From positions 1 to 60,295 of the forward strand of contig CAYWTN010000004.1 in the NCBI GenBank assembly GCA_964460975.1: a DNA stretch of 60,295 bases. The letters run 5' to 3'. A model generated the notes under the pieces. That model made no database searches. It had not been told where the DNA came from and saw nothing but the letters and a program-made list of their open reading frames with translations. Within the stretch, counting starts at the first letter, position 1. Each line of letters begins with the position of its first letter. This DNA is from an uncultured Pseudomonadales bacterium. GTDB lineage: Bacteria; Patescibacteriota; Microgenomatia; UBA1400; UBA1396. Of the stretch, positions 1 to 9,156 are shown piece by piece. Made by a program: the position numbers and the translations under genes.

Positions 1-99
1 AAAAGCCATTTTTCCCCTTCCTTTTCTTTGTTTTTCCCCCAAGAAAGGGGTTCACTACTCAAGGTACTTGAGGTCACTCCCGAGTGCAAGAGGGAATTT

Positions 100-795
100 T
101 TATTCTGCCTGGGCGTCAGCCTGAGAACCTGTCTGGGCAGCAGCGGCTTGGGCAAGCACTTGCTGAATCTGCACCAGATCCATCTTCTGACCATTCAGGT
201 AGAAAGTGGGGGTAGCCGCAACACCAAGCTCGGCTGCCAGTTGCTGATCACGATTCACCTTAAAGGCCACCTCTTCACTCTTGAAGTGCTCACGGAAAGT
301 TGCCTCATCCAAGCCAATTCCTGTGGCGAGCTCTACAAAAAACTCGGTTGGGTCACCCAAACCAGCCCACTCTTCTTGCGTGGCAAAAAGGCGGTCATGC
401 ATCTCCCAGAATTTGTCATCGCCGGCGGCTTCAGAAGCTTTGGCGGCTGCATAGGCATTTTTATGAATAGAATTGAGAGGAAAATGACGATAGACAAGTC
501 GAACACGATCGGCATGTTGGGCCAAGAGCGTGGTGAGCGGCGAATGCATGGCCTTACACGCTGGACACTGGAAATCCGAGAACTCCACAATCGTAAACTG
601 CGCACTCTCCGAGGCCCCAGAAGTCCCAGCCGTGCCACGAATATGAGCATCTACAGGAACCAACTTGCCTTCTTCAACTACCTGCTGAGCTTTTTCCATG
701 GCACTCTGTGTTTGCCAAGAAAAAAACCAACTGGCACCAAGCACCAACAAAAGGGTGCCACCAATAACGGCGAAAAGGAGTTTGAGGTTCTGCAT
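100..795 (-). CDS. DsbA-family thiol:disulfide oxidoreductase, membrane-anchored
   Basis: N-terminal hydrophobic helix. Thioredoxin-fold CxxC active site in FSDFQCPACKAMH. DsbA-like length and C-terminal ATPTFYLNG motif. Confidence 0.8.
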   Translation of the reverse strand: MQNLKLLFAVIGGTLLLVLGASWFFSWQTQSAMEKAQQVVEEGKLVPVDAHIRGTAGTSGASESAQFTIVEFSDFQCPACKAMHSPLTTLLAQHADRVRLVYRHFPLNSIHKNAYAAAKASEAAGDDKFWEMHDRLFATQEEWAGLGDPTEFFVELATGIGLDEATFREHFKSEEVAFKVNRDQQLAAELGVAATPTFYLNGQKMDLVQIQQVLAQAAAAQTGSQADAQAE

Positions 796-837
796 ACGTT
801 CTTTCTGTTTTTCCTTTTGATTCTCTACACGATTCTT

Positions 838-1119
838 CTAGACTTCTGGCCAGATTTGTTGGCCAGTCTGGATATCTTCAACAATAATTGCCATGGTAGG
901 GCAGCTCTGGGCCGCCAGCAGCTTAATATCATCAAGCTCGTCTTGCGAAATAACTTTGGCAATACTTTGATCGTCAAACTCAAAAACCTTGGGCGCAATA
1001 GCGATGCAACTCCCAGCCGCAATACACTTACTGCGAATCACTTTCACTCGGTACTTCCCAGGCATCGAGGTTTCTACTGTTTGAATATCATCGTTGGGTG
1101 TATCGGAAAATGTGTTCAT
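838..1119 (-). CDS. small ferredoxin (single Fe-S cluster type)
   Basis: 93 aa. Cys pattern KCIAAGSCIAIAPKVFEFDD ... SCPTMAI is typical of small 3Fe-4S/4Fe-4S ferredoxins. Sits directly next to an FNR-like gene. Confidence 0.75.
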   Translation of the reverse strand: MNTFSDTPNDDIQTVETSMPGKYRVKVIRSKCIAAGSCIAIAPKVFEFDDQSIAKVISQDELDDIKLLAAQSCPTMAIIVEDIQTGQQIWPEV

Positions 1120-1134
1120 GAGAGCGTCCCTTTC

Positions 1135-1857
1135 CTAGTTAAATCTTTCGTGATGAATAAAACTCGCAGCCACACCTTGCTTCTGCAGGAGCGCCGTTAC
1201 ATCGTTGATCATAGCACTACTCCCGCAGAGATAGTATCCCGCCTCTGGAAGCTGGTTGTGCACGAGTAGACAATCGGTCACACGTCCGCGGCACAAAGAC
1301 CACTCATCTGGAGCCTGAGACAAAACAGGATGAAAGCGAAAATTGTGATGCGTCTGCTGCATCTGCGCAAACTCCTCAAACCAAAACTGCTCATGGGCAT
1401 AGCGCATGCCCCAATAGAGCGTGATCGCGCGCTGGTCGCCACGGTGATACAAAAGCTCCTCGAGGAAACTTTTCATGGGTGCTATACCCGACCCTGTTGC
1501 CACCAAAGAAAGCGATTTTTCTTGCTGCTCCTGAGGGGAATTTTTTTCTGGCAAAACAAAACGCCCAAAAGGCGCCATAAACGTAATCTCTTCTCCAATG
1601 GCTAACTCCTTGAGGTATCGACTTCCCGGCCCATCAGGCGAACAATCGATAAGCAACTCGATAGCATGCGTCATTTGCGGCGAAGACGAAAGGGAGTAAC
1701 TTTTCTTCTTTGCCTCCCCTGGCACATTAAGCAAAACATACTGTCCCGCTAAGAACTCAATCCTATTTGGTGTGATCAGCTCAAAATGCAACTCAAAAAA
1801 CTTCTCATTAAAGTCGCGACGAGTGGTGAGCTTGGCAGAGTACGTGGCAAACGACAT
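1135..1857 (-). CDS. ferredoxin-NADP reductase-like FAD/NAD(P)-binding oxidoreductase
   Basis: FAD-binding FR-type pattern (GQYVLL ... KSYSLSS) and NAD(P)-binding LVATGSGIAPMKS. 240 aa two-domain FNR-family layout. Confidence 0.75.
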   Translation of the reverse strand: MSFATYSAKLTTRRDFNEKFFELHFELITPNRIEFLAGQYVLLNVPGEAKKKSYSLSSSPQMTHAIELLIDCSPDGPGSRYLKELAIGEEITFMAPFGRFVLPEKNSPQEQQEKSLSLVATGSGIAPMKSFLEELLYHRGDQRAITLYWGMRYAHEQFWFEEFAQMQQTHHNFRFHPVLSQAPDEWSLCRGRVTDCLLVHNQLPEAGYYLCGSSAMINDVTALLQKQGVAASFIHHERFN

Positions 1858-1925
1858 GCAAGAAGTATAACCCAGATCATCTGGTCACCAATACGCACTT
1901 GGGGGAAACCTGCAAGCTCCAGAAG

Positions 1926-2009
1926 GGAACGATTCCGGGCAGGCGCCGCCTCAAGAGGAATCGACCCGGGTCGATTCCTCTTGAGGTAATATGCCTCCGG
2001 AATCGTTCC
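1926..2009. repeat. nested perfect inverted repeat: 13-bp outer arms and a 38-bp inner palindrome
   Basis: Outer arms ggaacgattccgg (1926-1938) and ccggaatcgttcc (1997-2009). Inner palindrome cctcaagaggaatcgaccc/gggtcgattcctcttgagg (1949-1986). Abuts the HNH stop codon at 2009-2011. Confidence 0.9.
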
Positions 2010-2305
2010 TAAATCATGGAAACAAGCCGTGGCGCCCTCGAGAGCACTGTTTGCACATCCTCTTCTGGCGGCTGTTGGTAGGTATGATGGTGCCTCTTAT
2101 GGCAGGGGTGGCAAAGGATCCTTGTGTTTGCCAGAGAAGATAAAAGCGCATGTGGAAGCGTTTTTCCCACTACACTACCAATATAAATAATGTGATGAAC
2201 CTCCAAACGGTGGCGTGATTGACAGGCCTCACAACAAAAACCACTCCTCTCCAGGGCGGCGCTCCTTATATAGTCGCTAAACTCACCGCGCCTTTTTCTT
2301 GACAT
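2009..2305 (-). CDS. stand-alone HNH endonuclease
   Basis: 98 aa. CCEAC ... LEVHHIIY ... CHPCHKRHHH gives HNH-type Cys/His zinc and catalytic motifs. Confidence 0.75.
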   Translation of the reverse strand: MSRKRRGEFSDYIRSAALERSGFCCEACQSRHRLEVHHIIYIGSVVGKTLPHALLSSLANTRILCHPCHKRHHHTYQQPPEEDVQTVLSRAPRLVSMI

Positions 2306-2348
2306 CTTCCTCCTTTAATCCCTTTTGCCTTGCGCTTGCCAAATTGGC

Positions 2349-2373
2349 AAAAAAAAAACGGCTCATCGCCGTT
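2349..2373 (-). terminator. candidate intrinsic terminator read on the minus strand
   Basis: The minus strand reads AACGGC-GATGA-GCCGTT followed by a run of 8 or more T (the plus strand shows a 10-A run, then the hairpin). No annotated minus-strand gene lies upstream of it. Confidence 0.4.
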
Positions 2374-2485
2374 CTGATTCCTCAGTTTGTACTTTTTTGC
2401 CGAAAAAAAGGGCATCTAATTTGCCCCAACAGATCCCGTTCATCAAAATTACAGGTTACGCGGCTCTCCTGGGTTTGTCAATTGA

Positions 2486-2494
2486 TGCTACAAT
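2486..2494 (+). promoter_or_regulatory. extended -10 promoter element (TGcTACAAT) for lysS
   Basis: TGcTACAAT ends 10 nt before the lysS ATG at 2505, implying a leaderless or near-leaderless mRNA. No Shine-Dalgarno sequence lies between. Confidence 0.4.
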
Positions 2495-2504
2495 CAGAAC
2501 CCAT

Positions 2505-3950
2505 ATGGCAACACGCTTAGACGAGATGATGGCATCTCGACAAACCGTCCGTACCAACCGCCTGACTCGCGGTGAGTCAGTGTACCCACAGGATGGACAT
2601 AAGCGACACACCAATGCCCAAGCCCTGGCTCTGCCAGATGGAGAAACGGTAGAAGTTGCGGGACGGATTCGTGCCATGCGCGGCCACGGGAAAATTCGTT
2701 TTGTGGATATCGTGGATGATACGGGAAAAATCCAAGTGGTTTTGAAGTCAGACGTGGCCGCCGCCTTTGAACAGATCGATGACTTCCACACGGGCGATTT
2801 TCTGCGTGTTGAGGGAGAACGATTCCTAACCAGAGCCAACGAGCCGTCCGTTTTGGTGAAAAACTTTACGATGCTCGCCAAGGCACTGCGCCCCCTGCCA
2901 GACAATTGGTATGGTTTCTCGGATGAAGAAGAGCGCTATCGCCGCCGCTATGTAGATCTCAACATGAATGAAGATGTAAAAACCGTCTTCCGACAACGTA
3001 GTGCCATTATTTCTAGCATCAGAAAAACGCTTGATGAATCAGGATTTTTGGAAGTAGAAACACCCACGCTCCAGCCTCTCTATGGTGGCGCCAATGCTCG
3101 TCCGTTTATCACACACATCAATGCCTGGGATATTCCTCAGTACCTCAAAATTTCTGATGAACTCTATCTCAAGCGACTCATTGTGGGCGGATTTGATCGC
3201 GTCTACGAAATTGATCACAACTTCCGTAACGAGGGTGTAGATCGCACGCACAACCCAGAGTTTACGATGATGGAGTGTTACGGCGCCTATCTTGATTACA
3301 ACGATATGATGGATCTCACCGAAGAAATGTACCGCAATGCGGCGTTGGCGGTACACGGAACCGCTCAGGTGGAATTCCAAGGAGTGACCCTCGATTTTAG
3401 CAAACGATGGAGAAGACTGCCAATGAAAGAAGGGATTCGCGAGTATCTGGGAATCGATGTGGATTCGCTCTCGGACGATGAACTGCGCGCTGCTCTTTTC
3501 CAGCACAAACTCAAGTATGAGGGTGAGTGGATTCGCGGACTGGCCGTTGCCAAGCTCTTTGAGCCAGTGGAAGAAAAACTGATTCAGCCAACTTTTGTCA
3601 CCGACATGCCCCGAGAAACAACCTCACTTTGCAAGCCGCACCGCCAAGATGCCACGCTTATTGAACGTTTTGAGCCGTACATTAATGGCTGGGAAGTGGG
3701 TAATGCCTACACCGAGCTGAATGATCCAGTTTTGCAGCGTCAGTTTTGGGAAGAGGAGCGTGCGGATGATCCCGAGGCGCACCCTCTTGACGAAGATTTC
3801 TTGGAAGCGCTGGAATACGGCATGCCCCCCACGGGCGGCCTGGGCTTGGGAATTGATCGCATGGTTATGCTTCTCACCAACCAAACTAAGATCCGCGACG
3901 TTATTCTCTTCCCCACCATGCGTCCGCTACCCTCTGGCCAGAACTCATGA
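2505..3950 (+). CDS. lysS: lysine--tRNA ligase (class II)
   Basis: OB-fold N-domain and class II core with motifs FRNEG, GGLGLGIDRMVMLL and ILFP. Start set at the internal ATG (MATRLDEMM), because the upstream ORF extension looks non-coding. Confidence 0.93.
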   Translation: MATRLDEMMASRQTVRTNRLTRGESVYPQDGHKRHTNAQALALPDGETVEVAGRIRAMRGHGKIRFVDIVDDTGKIQVVLKSDVAAAFEQIDDFHTGDFLRVEGERFLTRANEPSVLVKNFTMLAKALRPLPDNWYGFSDEEERYRRRYVDLNMNEDVKTVFRQRSAIISSIRKTLDESGFLEVETPTLQPLYGGANARPFITHINAWDIPQYLKISDELYLKRLIVGGFDRVYEIDHNFRNEGVDRTHNPEFTMMECYGAYLDYNDMMDLTEEMYRNAALAVHGTAQVEFQGVTLDFSKRWRRLPMKEGIREYLGIDVDSLSDDELRAALFQHKLKYEGEWIRGLAVAKLFEPVEEKLIQPTFVTDMPRETTSLCKPHRQDATLIERFEPYINGWEVGNAYTELNDPVLQRQFWEEERADDPEAHPLDEDFLEALEYGMPPTGGLGLGIDRMVMLLTNQTKIRDVILFPTMRPLPSGQNS

Positions 3951-4471
3951 TTATTGCTGTTGGATCAACCAATCCGGTTAAGCTCGAAGCCATTCGTTTG
4001 GCGGTAGAAGAGGTGCATACCAAACTGGGGCTGATTGGTCCTGTCGAGTTCTTAACCTTTGCCGCAGAAAGCAGCGTTTCTGACCAACCTTTTTCTGATG
4101 AAGAGACGAGGCGTGGCGCGCGCCACGCACTCCAATCCCTTCCAGATGCGGATCTCGCTTTTGGTCTCGAAGGTGGCGTTATGGAGATAGAGAACACTTT
4201 GTACTCAACTATCTGGATTGCCCTTATTGATCGACAAGGAAAAAAAAGCATCGCCAACGGCGGTCGTTTTCCTCTGCCTTCCGTTCTGGTCGAGGCGCTC
4301 CGAGACGGACAAGAAATGGGACCAGCAATGGACGAAATCACGGGGAAGCACGATATCAAACACAGTGAAGGCATGATTGGCGTCGTTACTGGTGGGGTTA
4401 TTACCCGCGCACAAGAATATGGCCACATTGCCAAGTGCGCTTATTCGCTCTACCATGGCCCAAAACTCTAG
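3947..4471 (+). CDS. yjjX: inosine/xanthosine triphosphatase (YjjX/DUF84 NTPase family)
   Basis: Collinear similarity to E. coli YjjX (STNPVK ... SDQPFSDEETRRGARHA ... GVVTGG). ATGA overlap with the lysS stop. Confidence 0.85.
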   Translation: MIIAVGSTNPVKLEAIRLAVEEVHTKLGLIGPVEFLTFAAESSVSDQPFSDEETRRGARHALQSLPDADLAFGLEGGVMEIENTLYSTIWIALIDRQGKKSIANGGRFPLPSVLVEALRDGQEMGPAMDEITGKHDIKHSEGMIGVVTGGVITRAQEYGHIAKCAYSLYHGPKL

Positions 4472-4848
4472 GCGTTTTCACGAAAAAAACGTTGCAATGC
4501 ACGTAAAAAAAGCAATCCGCACTTCTCTCGAGTGAGAGACAATGCCACTCCGATCTGTTCTTCCACTTCTTTTTTCCCCCAGCCCAACACTTCTTCAACG
4601 GATTTTCCTGGCAAAAAATCAGACAGAATACTGGCGCTGGCCTGGCTGATAGCACAGCCATTTCCATCCCAACGAATCAGGGAAATGCGTCCACTGGTAT
4701 CTCTCTCGGCGCTCACCACTATATGATCGCCACAACCATGATTATGAAGCGTGCAAGTGGGCGCCTGCGCAGAAAACTGCTCGAACGGTTCTTTGTTGCG
4801 AGGGTGCGAAAAGTGATCCAGAATATGTTCCAAGTAGAGATCTTCCAT
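4468..4848 (-). CDS. sufU: SUF-system Fe-S cluster scaffold, SufU/NifU-like
   Basis: HFSHPRN ... CGDHI ... GCAISQASAS motifs. Lies directly downstream of sufS. Confidence 0.85.
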   Translation of the reverse strand: MEDLYLEHILDHFSHPRNKEPFEQFSAQAPTCTLHNHGCGDHIVVSAERDTSGRISLIRWDGNGCAISQASASILSDFLPGKSVEEVLGWGKKEVEEQIGVALSLTREKCGLLFLRALQRFFRENA

Positions 4849-4855
4849 AAAAAGC

Positions 4856-6112
4856 CTAAGCGGAAAAGGTTTTCTTGAGCTGTTGCAGTCCGTAAACGAA
4901 CGCGTCTACATCATCCTCAGTGCTATAAACCGCAAAACTGGCGCGAACCGTGGCAATCCATTTCTCTTGTGTGTGAAGCGGCATCGTACAGTGATGACCA
5001 GACCGAACCGCCACCCCATAGCGATCCAAAATCTGAGCCACATCATGAGCGTGAACACCCTCAACGAGAAAGGCCACAGAGCCGAGGCGTTGTATCGCGC
5101 CGCGCGCATCGCGCGGCGCGGGCCCCACAACCTCAATTCCAGGCAGGGATCGTAATTTCTCGTAGGCGTAGGCCACAAGATCGGCATCGTGATCACGAAC
5201 CTGTGGCATTCCCAACCCCGACAGCCAATCCAGCGCGCGCGCCAAACCAAAGAGACTAGCCACATCTGGTGTTCCCGCGGCAAAACGATCCTCAAGCTCT
5301 TCGGCTGCCGTGGATTCTTGGAAGGAAACACTGTGAATCATGCCGCCACCCCACAAAACAGGTTCCAAACGGGAAAGCTCCTCTTTCCTCATAATGAGTC
5401 CACCAATGCCCATGGGTCCGTAGAGTTTATGGCCAGAAAAAACGATGGCATCCACGCCAAGACGGCGAAAATCGAGCGGCAAGCGCCCGGCACTTTGCGC
5501 ACAATCCAGAGAAAATCGAACATTCTCACGCACTCCCCATTCCTTGAGCCAGTCAACCAGAATGGTTGGGTCGTTCACCGTGCCAAGAGTATTGGAAATA
5601 TGCGTCAGTGCTACCAAACGGATTTTTTGAGCGAGCGGCTGCAGCTCGTGCTTTGCCCGTTCCCAATGAATGCAACCGTTGTCCTCCAGAGGCAAAATGT
5701 AGAGATCGGCTCGGGCGGCGCGCGCAAGTCGTTGCCAAGGAACAAGGTGACTATGATGCTCCAAAGGTGAGATCACCACCACATCCCCCGCACGCGCCTG
5801 CTCCTTCCAAAGCTGCGCCAAGATATTCACTGCCTCAGTGGTGTTACGCATCGCAACAAATTCTTCAGCCTGCGCTCCAAAAAAGCTCGCAATTTTCTCA
5901 CGAGACTCATGATAGATCTTGGTACTTTCGTCACCAAGGGTATGAATACCTCGATGGACATTCGCATTGTGGTGACAGTAGTAATCAAGAAGCGCATCGA
6001 GAACCACTTGAGGCTTCTGTGTTGTGGCGGCATTATCCAGATACACCAACGGTTTCCCGTTCACTTGTCGAGACAAAAGAGGAAATTGCTGCCGGATATT
6101 CTCAAAACGCAT
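4856..6112 (-). CDS. sufS: cysteine desulfurase (class V aminotransferase, SufS type)
   Basis: Motifs YLDNAATTQKP, HANVHRG, SGHKLYGPMGIGGL (PLP lysine) and RSGHHC (active-site Cys). Confidence 0.9.
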   Translation of the reverse strand: MRFENIRQQFPLLSRQVNGKPLVYLDNAATTQKPQVVLDALLDYYCHHNANVHRGIHTLGDESTKIYHESREKIASFFGAQAEEFVAMRNTTEAVNILAQLWKEQARAGDVVVISPLEHHSHLVPWQRLARAARADLYILPLEDNGCIHWERAKHELQPLAQKIRLVALTHISNTLGTVNDPTILVDWLKEWGVRENVRFSLDCAQSAGRLPLDFRRLGVDAIVFSGHKLYGPMGIGGLIMRKEELSRLEPVLWGGGMIHSVSFQESTAAEELEDRFAAGTPDVASLFGLARALDWLSGLGMPQVRDHDADLVAYAYEKLRSLPGIEVVGPAPRDARGAIQRLGSVAFLVEGVHAHDVAQILDRYGVAVRSGHHCTMPLHTQEKWIATVRASFAVYSTEDDVDAFVYGLQQLKKTFSA

Positions 6113-6160
6113 AGCCCTATTATACGTTTCTTCCTAAATATGTGCGAAAATAGCCCAGCT

Positions 6161-7333
6161 ATGCGTATCGCAATGTATACCGACACTTTTTTTCCGTCTA
6201 CAAACGGTGTGGCTGTTTCTATCACGACGCTTGCCAACGCCCTGGCTCAGGCTGGCCACGAAGTTTTTATTCAGGCGCCCAAACCCTGGAAGCCGTTTGA
6301 CCCCACGCTCCTGCACCCCAACATCACCACCAATTTTGTGCGCTCCTTTGATGCGCGCATCTACCCAGATTTTCGTATTGCCACGGGATTACCTCTTTCT
6401 CTAGCAAAAATTCGCAAGTTTGAGCCCGACGTGATTCACGTCCACACACCATTTAGCCTAGGTATTGAAGGGCTCCTCATTGGAAAAAGACTTAATGTGC
6501 CCGTTGTTTTCACCTTTCACACCTACTACACCGATGCCGATGCAGTAAAAGTGATTGGCATTAAAAATGACCGCATCGCGCAAATTATTCAAAAAGGTGG
6601 TTGGCGCTTCAATAAACTGTTCTGCGCAATGTTCGACGGCATTATCGCCCCGAGCAACTATGTGGCCAGAGATCTTCAAAAGCACGGTATTCGCGGGCCA
6701 ATTGCTGTTTGCCCCAACATGCTCGATAACCATACGTTCGATAAACCCAAAAATGGTAAGACCAATATTGAACGCCTGCTCTATGTTGGACGTCTCAGCC
6801 CGGAGAAGCGTATTCATCTTGTGCTCCACACCCTTGCTCGACTCCAGAAAAGTCATCCGCAACTTTCGCTTGATATTGTTGGCGACGGTTTAGCCCGGAA
6901 TGACCTTTTTGACCTCAGTTTTGACCTTGGCATTAATGCAAAGATTCGCTGGCACGGACAAATTCCTCACCATGAGCTCATCCAAAAACGCTTCTACCAG
7001 AACGGAGACCTCTTTGTTTTCTTGAGCCGTTACGAAACTCAGGGGCTTGTCACTCTCGAGGCTATGGCCCATGGCCTCCCCGTTGTGGCAACAGCCTCCA
7101 AGGCAACCAAAGAGATTATTGGGACTGCTGGATTCGCGCTCTCAGATACCGCCGATGAGGAAAAAACTGTCCGCCAAGCAACCAAAGCCGTTGCGCAAGC
7201 GTGCAAAAATGATCTCTCTCAAATGCGCTTACAGTCTTTTTCTCAGGCAGAGAAGTATCGTATCGAGCCACTCTTACCACTCTTTTTGGAAACATATGAA
7301 GCTATCCACAAAAAATCCGCAAAGGAATCATGA
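6161..7333 (+). CDS. GT-B glycosyltransferase (family 4/GT1-like)
   Basis: MRIAMYTDTFFPSTNGV start and a C-terminal E-x7-E region (RYETQGLVTLEAMAHGLPVV). Start trimmed to an internal ATG, because the longer ORF overlaps sufS. Confidence 0.8.
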   Translation: MRIAMYTDTFFPSTNGVAVSITTLANALAQAGHEVFIQAPKPWKPFDPTLLHPNITTNFVRSFDARIYPDFRIATGLPLSLAKIRKFEPDVIHVHTPFSLGIEGLLIGKRLNVPVVFTFHTYYTDADAVKVIGIKNDRIAQIIQKGGWRFNKLFCAMFDGIIAPSNYVARDLQKHGIRGPIAVCPNMLDNHTFDKPKNGKTNIERLLYVGRLSPEKRIHLVLHTLARLQKSHPQLSLDIVGDGLARNDLFDLSFDLGINAKIRWHGQIPHHELIQKRFYQNGDLFVFLSRYETQGLVTLEAMAHGLPVVATASKATKEIIGTAGFALSDTADEEKTVRQATKAVAQACKNDLSQMRLQSFSQAEKYRIEPLLPLFLETYEAIHKKSAKES

Positions 7334-7911
7334 ATCCGTACCTTTTCCTCGGCCTAGGGAATCCTGGACAAAACTACGAACGAACCCGCCACAATGCTGG
7401 TTGGTTGGCGCTCGATGCTCTCATTAAGGAATGGGAAAATCCCTCCGTTCCCACCCGCTGGAAAACAGAAAAAAAATTACAGAGCGAAGTTGCCAAGCTC
7501 AATCATGACGGCAAAGACTGCTTTTTCCTCAAGCCAAACACCTTTATGAATGATTCTGGTCTGGCTGCGGCGGCTGCGGCACGTTGGTTCTTGCATCAAG
7601 ATCCACGCGAAGAAAATCTTGAGTATCGCAATATCGTGGTCCTACACGACGACCTTGATCTTCCTGTGGGGAAATACAAACTGCAGTACCAGTCTGGGCC
7701 AAAAGCCCATAATGGTGTGAATAGCGTTCGATCTCATCTTCATAGTGAAAAATTCTGGATTGCCCGTCTGGGTGTAGACGGGCGCGCTGGAGATCGGTCC
7801 CTTCCAGGCCAGGCCTACGTTCTGCAGAACTTCCCTCCACAAGAGTTGCAGGCGCTGCACGAGGCACTTCATACCCTAGCCGAAGAAATACGCTACACAG
7901 TTCTTGGCTAA
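7330..7911 (+). CDS. pth: peptidyl-tRNA hydrolase
   Basis: LGLGNPGQNYERTRHNAGW and HDDLDLPVGK signatures. ATGA overlap with the upstream gene. Confidence 0.92.
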   Translation: MNPYLFLGLGNPGQNYERTRHNAGWLALDALIKEWENPSVPTRWKTEKKLQSEVAKLNHDGKDCFFLKPNTFMNDSGLAAAAAARWFLHQDPREENLEYRNIVVLHDDLDLPVGKYKLQYQSGPKAHNGVNSVRSHLHSEKFWIARLGVDGRAGDRSLPGQAYVLQNFPPQELQALHEALHTLAEEIRYTVLG

Positions 7912-7914
7912 AGT

Positions 7915-9156
7915 ATGGCTTTGCGAGCATCCACAATCACCCTTTTGCGCTCCGATTTTCTCCCCCAAAAACTGCGCTGGTTCTGGGCAATGGGAAGTTT
8001 TTTCCGTTTTTCTGATGCTCTCCTTCTCATCGCTGGCCCAGTAGCTCTCTATGAATGGAGCGGTTTGCTCCCATTCTTTTCCTCGCTGCCGCTCAATGCA
8101 TTCCAAAGGGGAATGGTTACTGTTCTCACTTTTTATCTTTTTACTCGTCTGCTGTATGCTCTCCTTTTACAACCCTTCTCAAGAATAATTGCTAAAATTG
8201 GTCTGGCGCATACGCTTTTTGTGGGACTTTTCTTCCACATACTGTACTTTAGTCTTTTTTCCCTCGTTCCGGAGTGGCCTCAGCTTCTTTTTCTTCTTCC
8301 TTTCTTGAGAGCACCGGCACTTTTGTTCTTTTGGTTGGGATATCATCTTTTTTTCTCGAGCGAGGCCCATCTACAAAAGCTCGGCAAAGAACTGGGCACA
8401 CAAGAATTTGTAACACGAATATCTACGCTTGTGGCTCCGCTTCTTGGGGCACTTCTTGCAAGCGCAGCAGGATTTCCGGCTGTTTTCCTTGGCGCGGCCG
8501 TGGGTTGTATTTTGGCTGCCATTTGTACACTCGAACTGCCAAATCGGAAAACAAAACAATCGTGGAACTGGGAAGTCTTTCTCCAGTTTTTACGGCAGGA
8601 ACCAGAATCCAAGCGGCTTTCTCTTAGCGTGGCTGGTATCTCCTGGGAACGAGTGGGTATTGGCATTTTTTGGCCGCTCTTCTTGGCACTCGAACTTTCG
8701 AGCATGCACGCGGCAGCCTATATTTTGCTCGCAGCCAGCCTGATAGCACTTCTCCTCGCGTATGTTTCTGGACGAGCCTTCGACACCGGCCGCCAAAACA
8801 ATCTTATTGCTCGAATCAGTGGATTCTTTCTTTCTCTTCTCTGGCTTCCAAGACTCTTTTTTGCCAGCACACCTTTAGCACTTATTGTGGCTGAGTCGGC
8901 CGATCGGATTCTCGGCGGAGTATATGACACTTTTTTCCAGGCAAGTTATATTTGGAAAGCCAGAAAGAAATCCGTTTTCTTGGCGTTCTTTCACTATGAG
9001 GCGATTGTTATTTGCACACTTATTTTTGGCTATGGAATAGCCCTTCTTGCTCTTTTTAGTCCATTTTTCTGGGAAATACTCTTTTTCTCCTTTTTCCTTG
9101 CAGGCATCTTGAGTCTTCTCTTTCGATTTAGTAAAGTGCTTCCTCAAGAACTATGA
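7915..9156 (+). CDS. polytopic membrane protein, MFS-transporter-like
   Basis: 413 aa with about 10-12 hydrophobic helices. No specific motif recognised. Confidence 0.55.
   Translation: MALRASTITLLRSDFLPQKLRWFWAMGSFFRFSDALLLIAGPVALYEWSGLLPFFSSLPLNAFQRGMVTVLTFYLFTRLLYALLLQPFSRIIAKIGLAHTLFVGLFFHILYFSLFSLVPEWPQLLFLLPFLRAPALLFFWLGYHLFFSSEAHLQKLGKELGTQEFVTRISTLVAPLLGALLASAAGFPAVFLGAAVGCILAAICTLELPNRKTKQSWNWEVFLQFLRQEPESKRLSLSVAGISWERVGIGIFWPLFLALELSSMHAAAYILLAASLIALLLAYVSGRAFDTGRQNNLIARISGFFLSLLWLPRLFFASTPLALIVAESADRILGGVYDTFFQASYIWKARKKSVFLAFFHYEAIVICTLIFGYGIALLALFSPFFWEILFFSFFLAGILSLLFRFSKVLPQEL

Noticed and set aside
28-1269. 413-aa plus-strand ORF at the left edge
   Set aside because: It runs antisense across three well-supported minus-strand genes (DsbA, ferredoxin, FNR-like). 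The translation is low-complexity and motif-free, so it is an antisense shadow ORF.
2306-2504. T-box or other riboswitch leader upstream of lysS
   Set aside because: I found no specifier-loop/T-box consensus or L-box-like elements. The best promoter sits only about 10 nt from the start codon.
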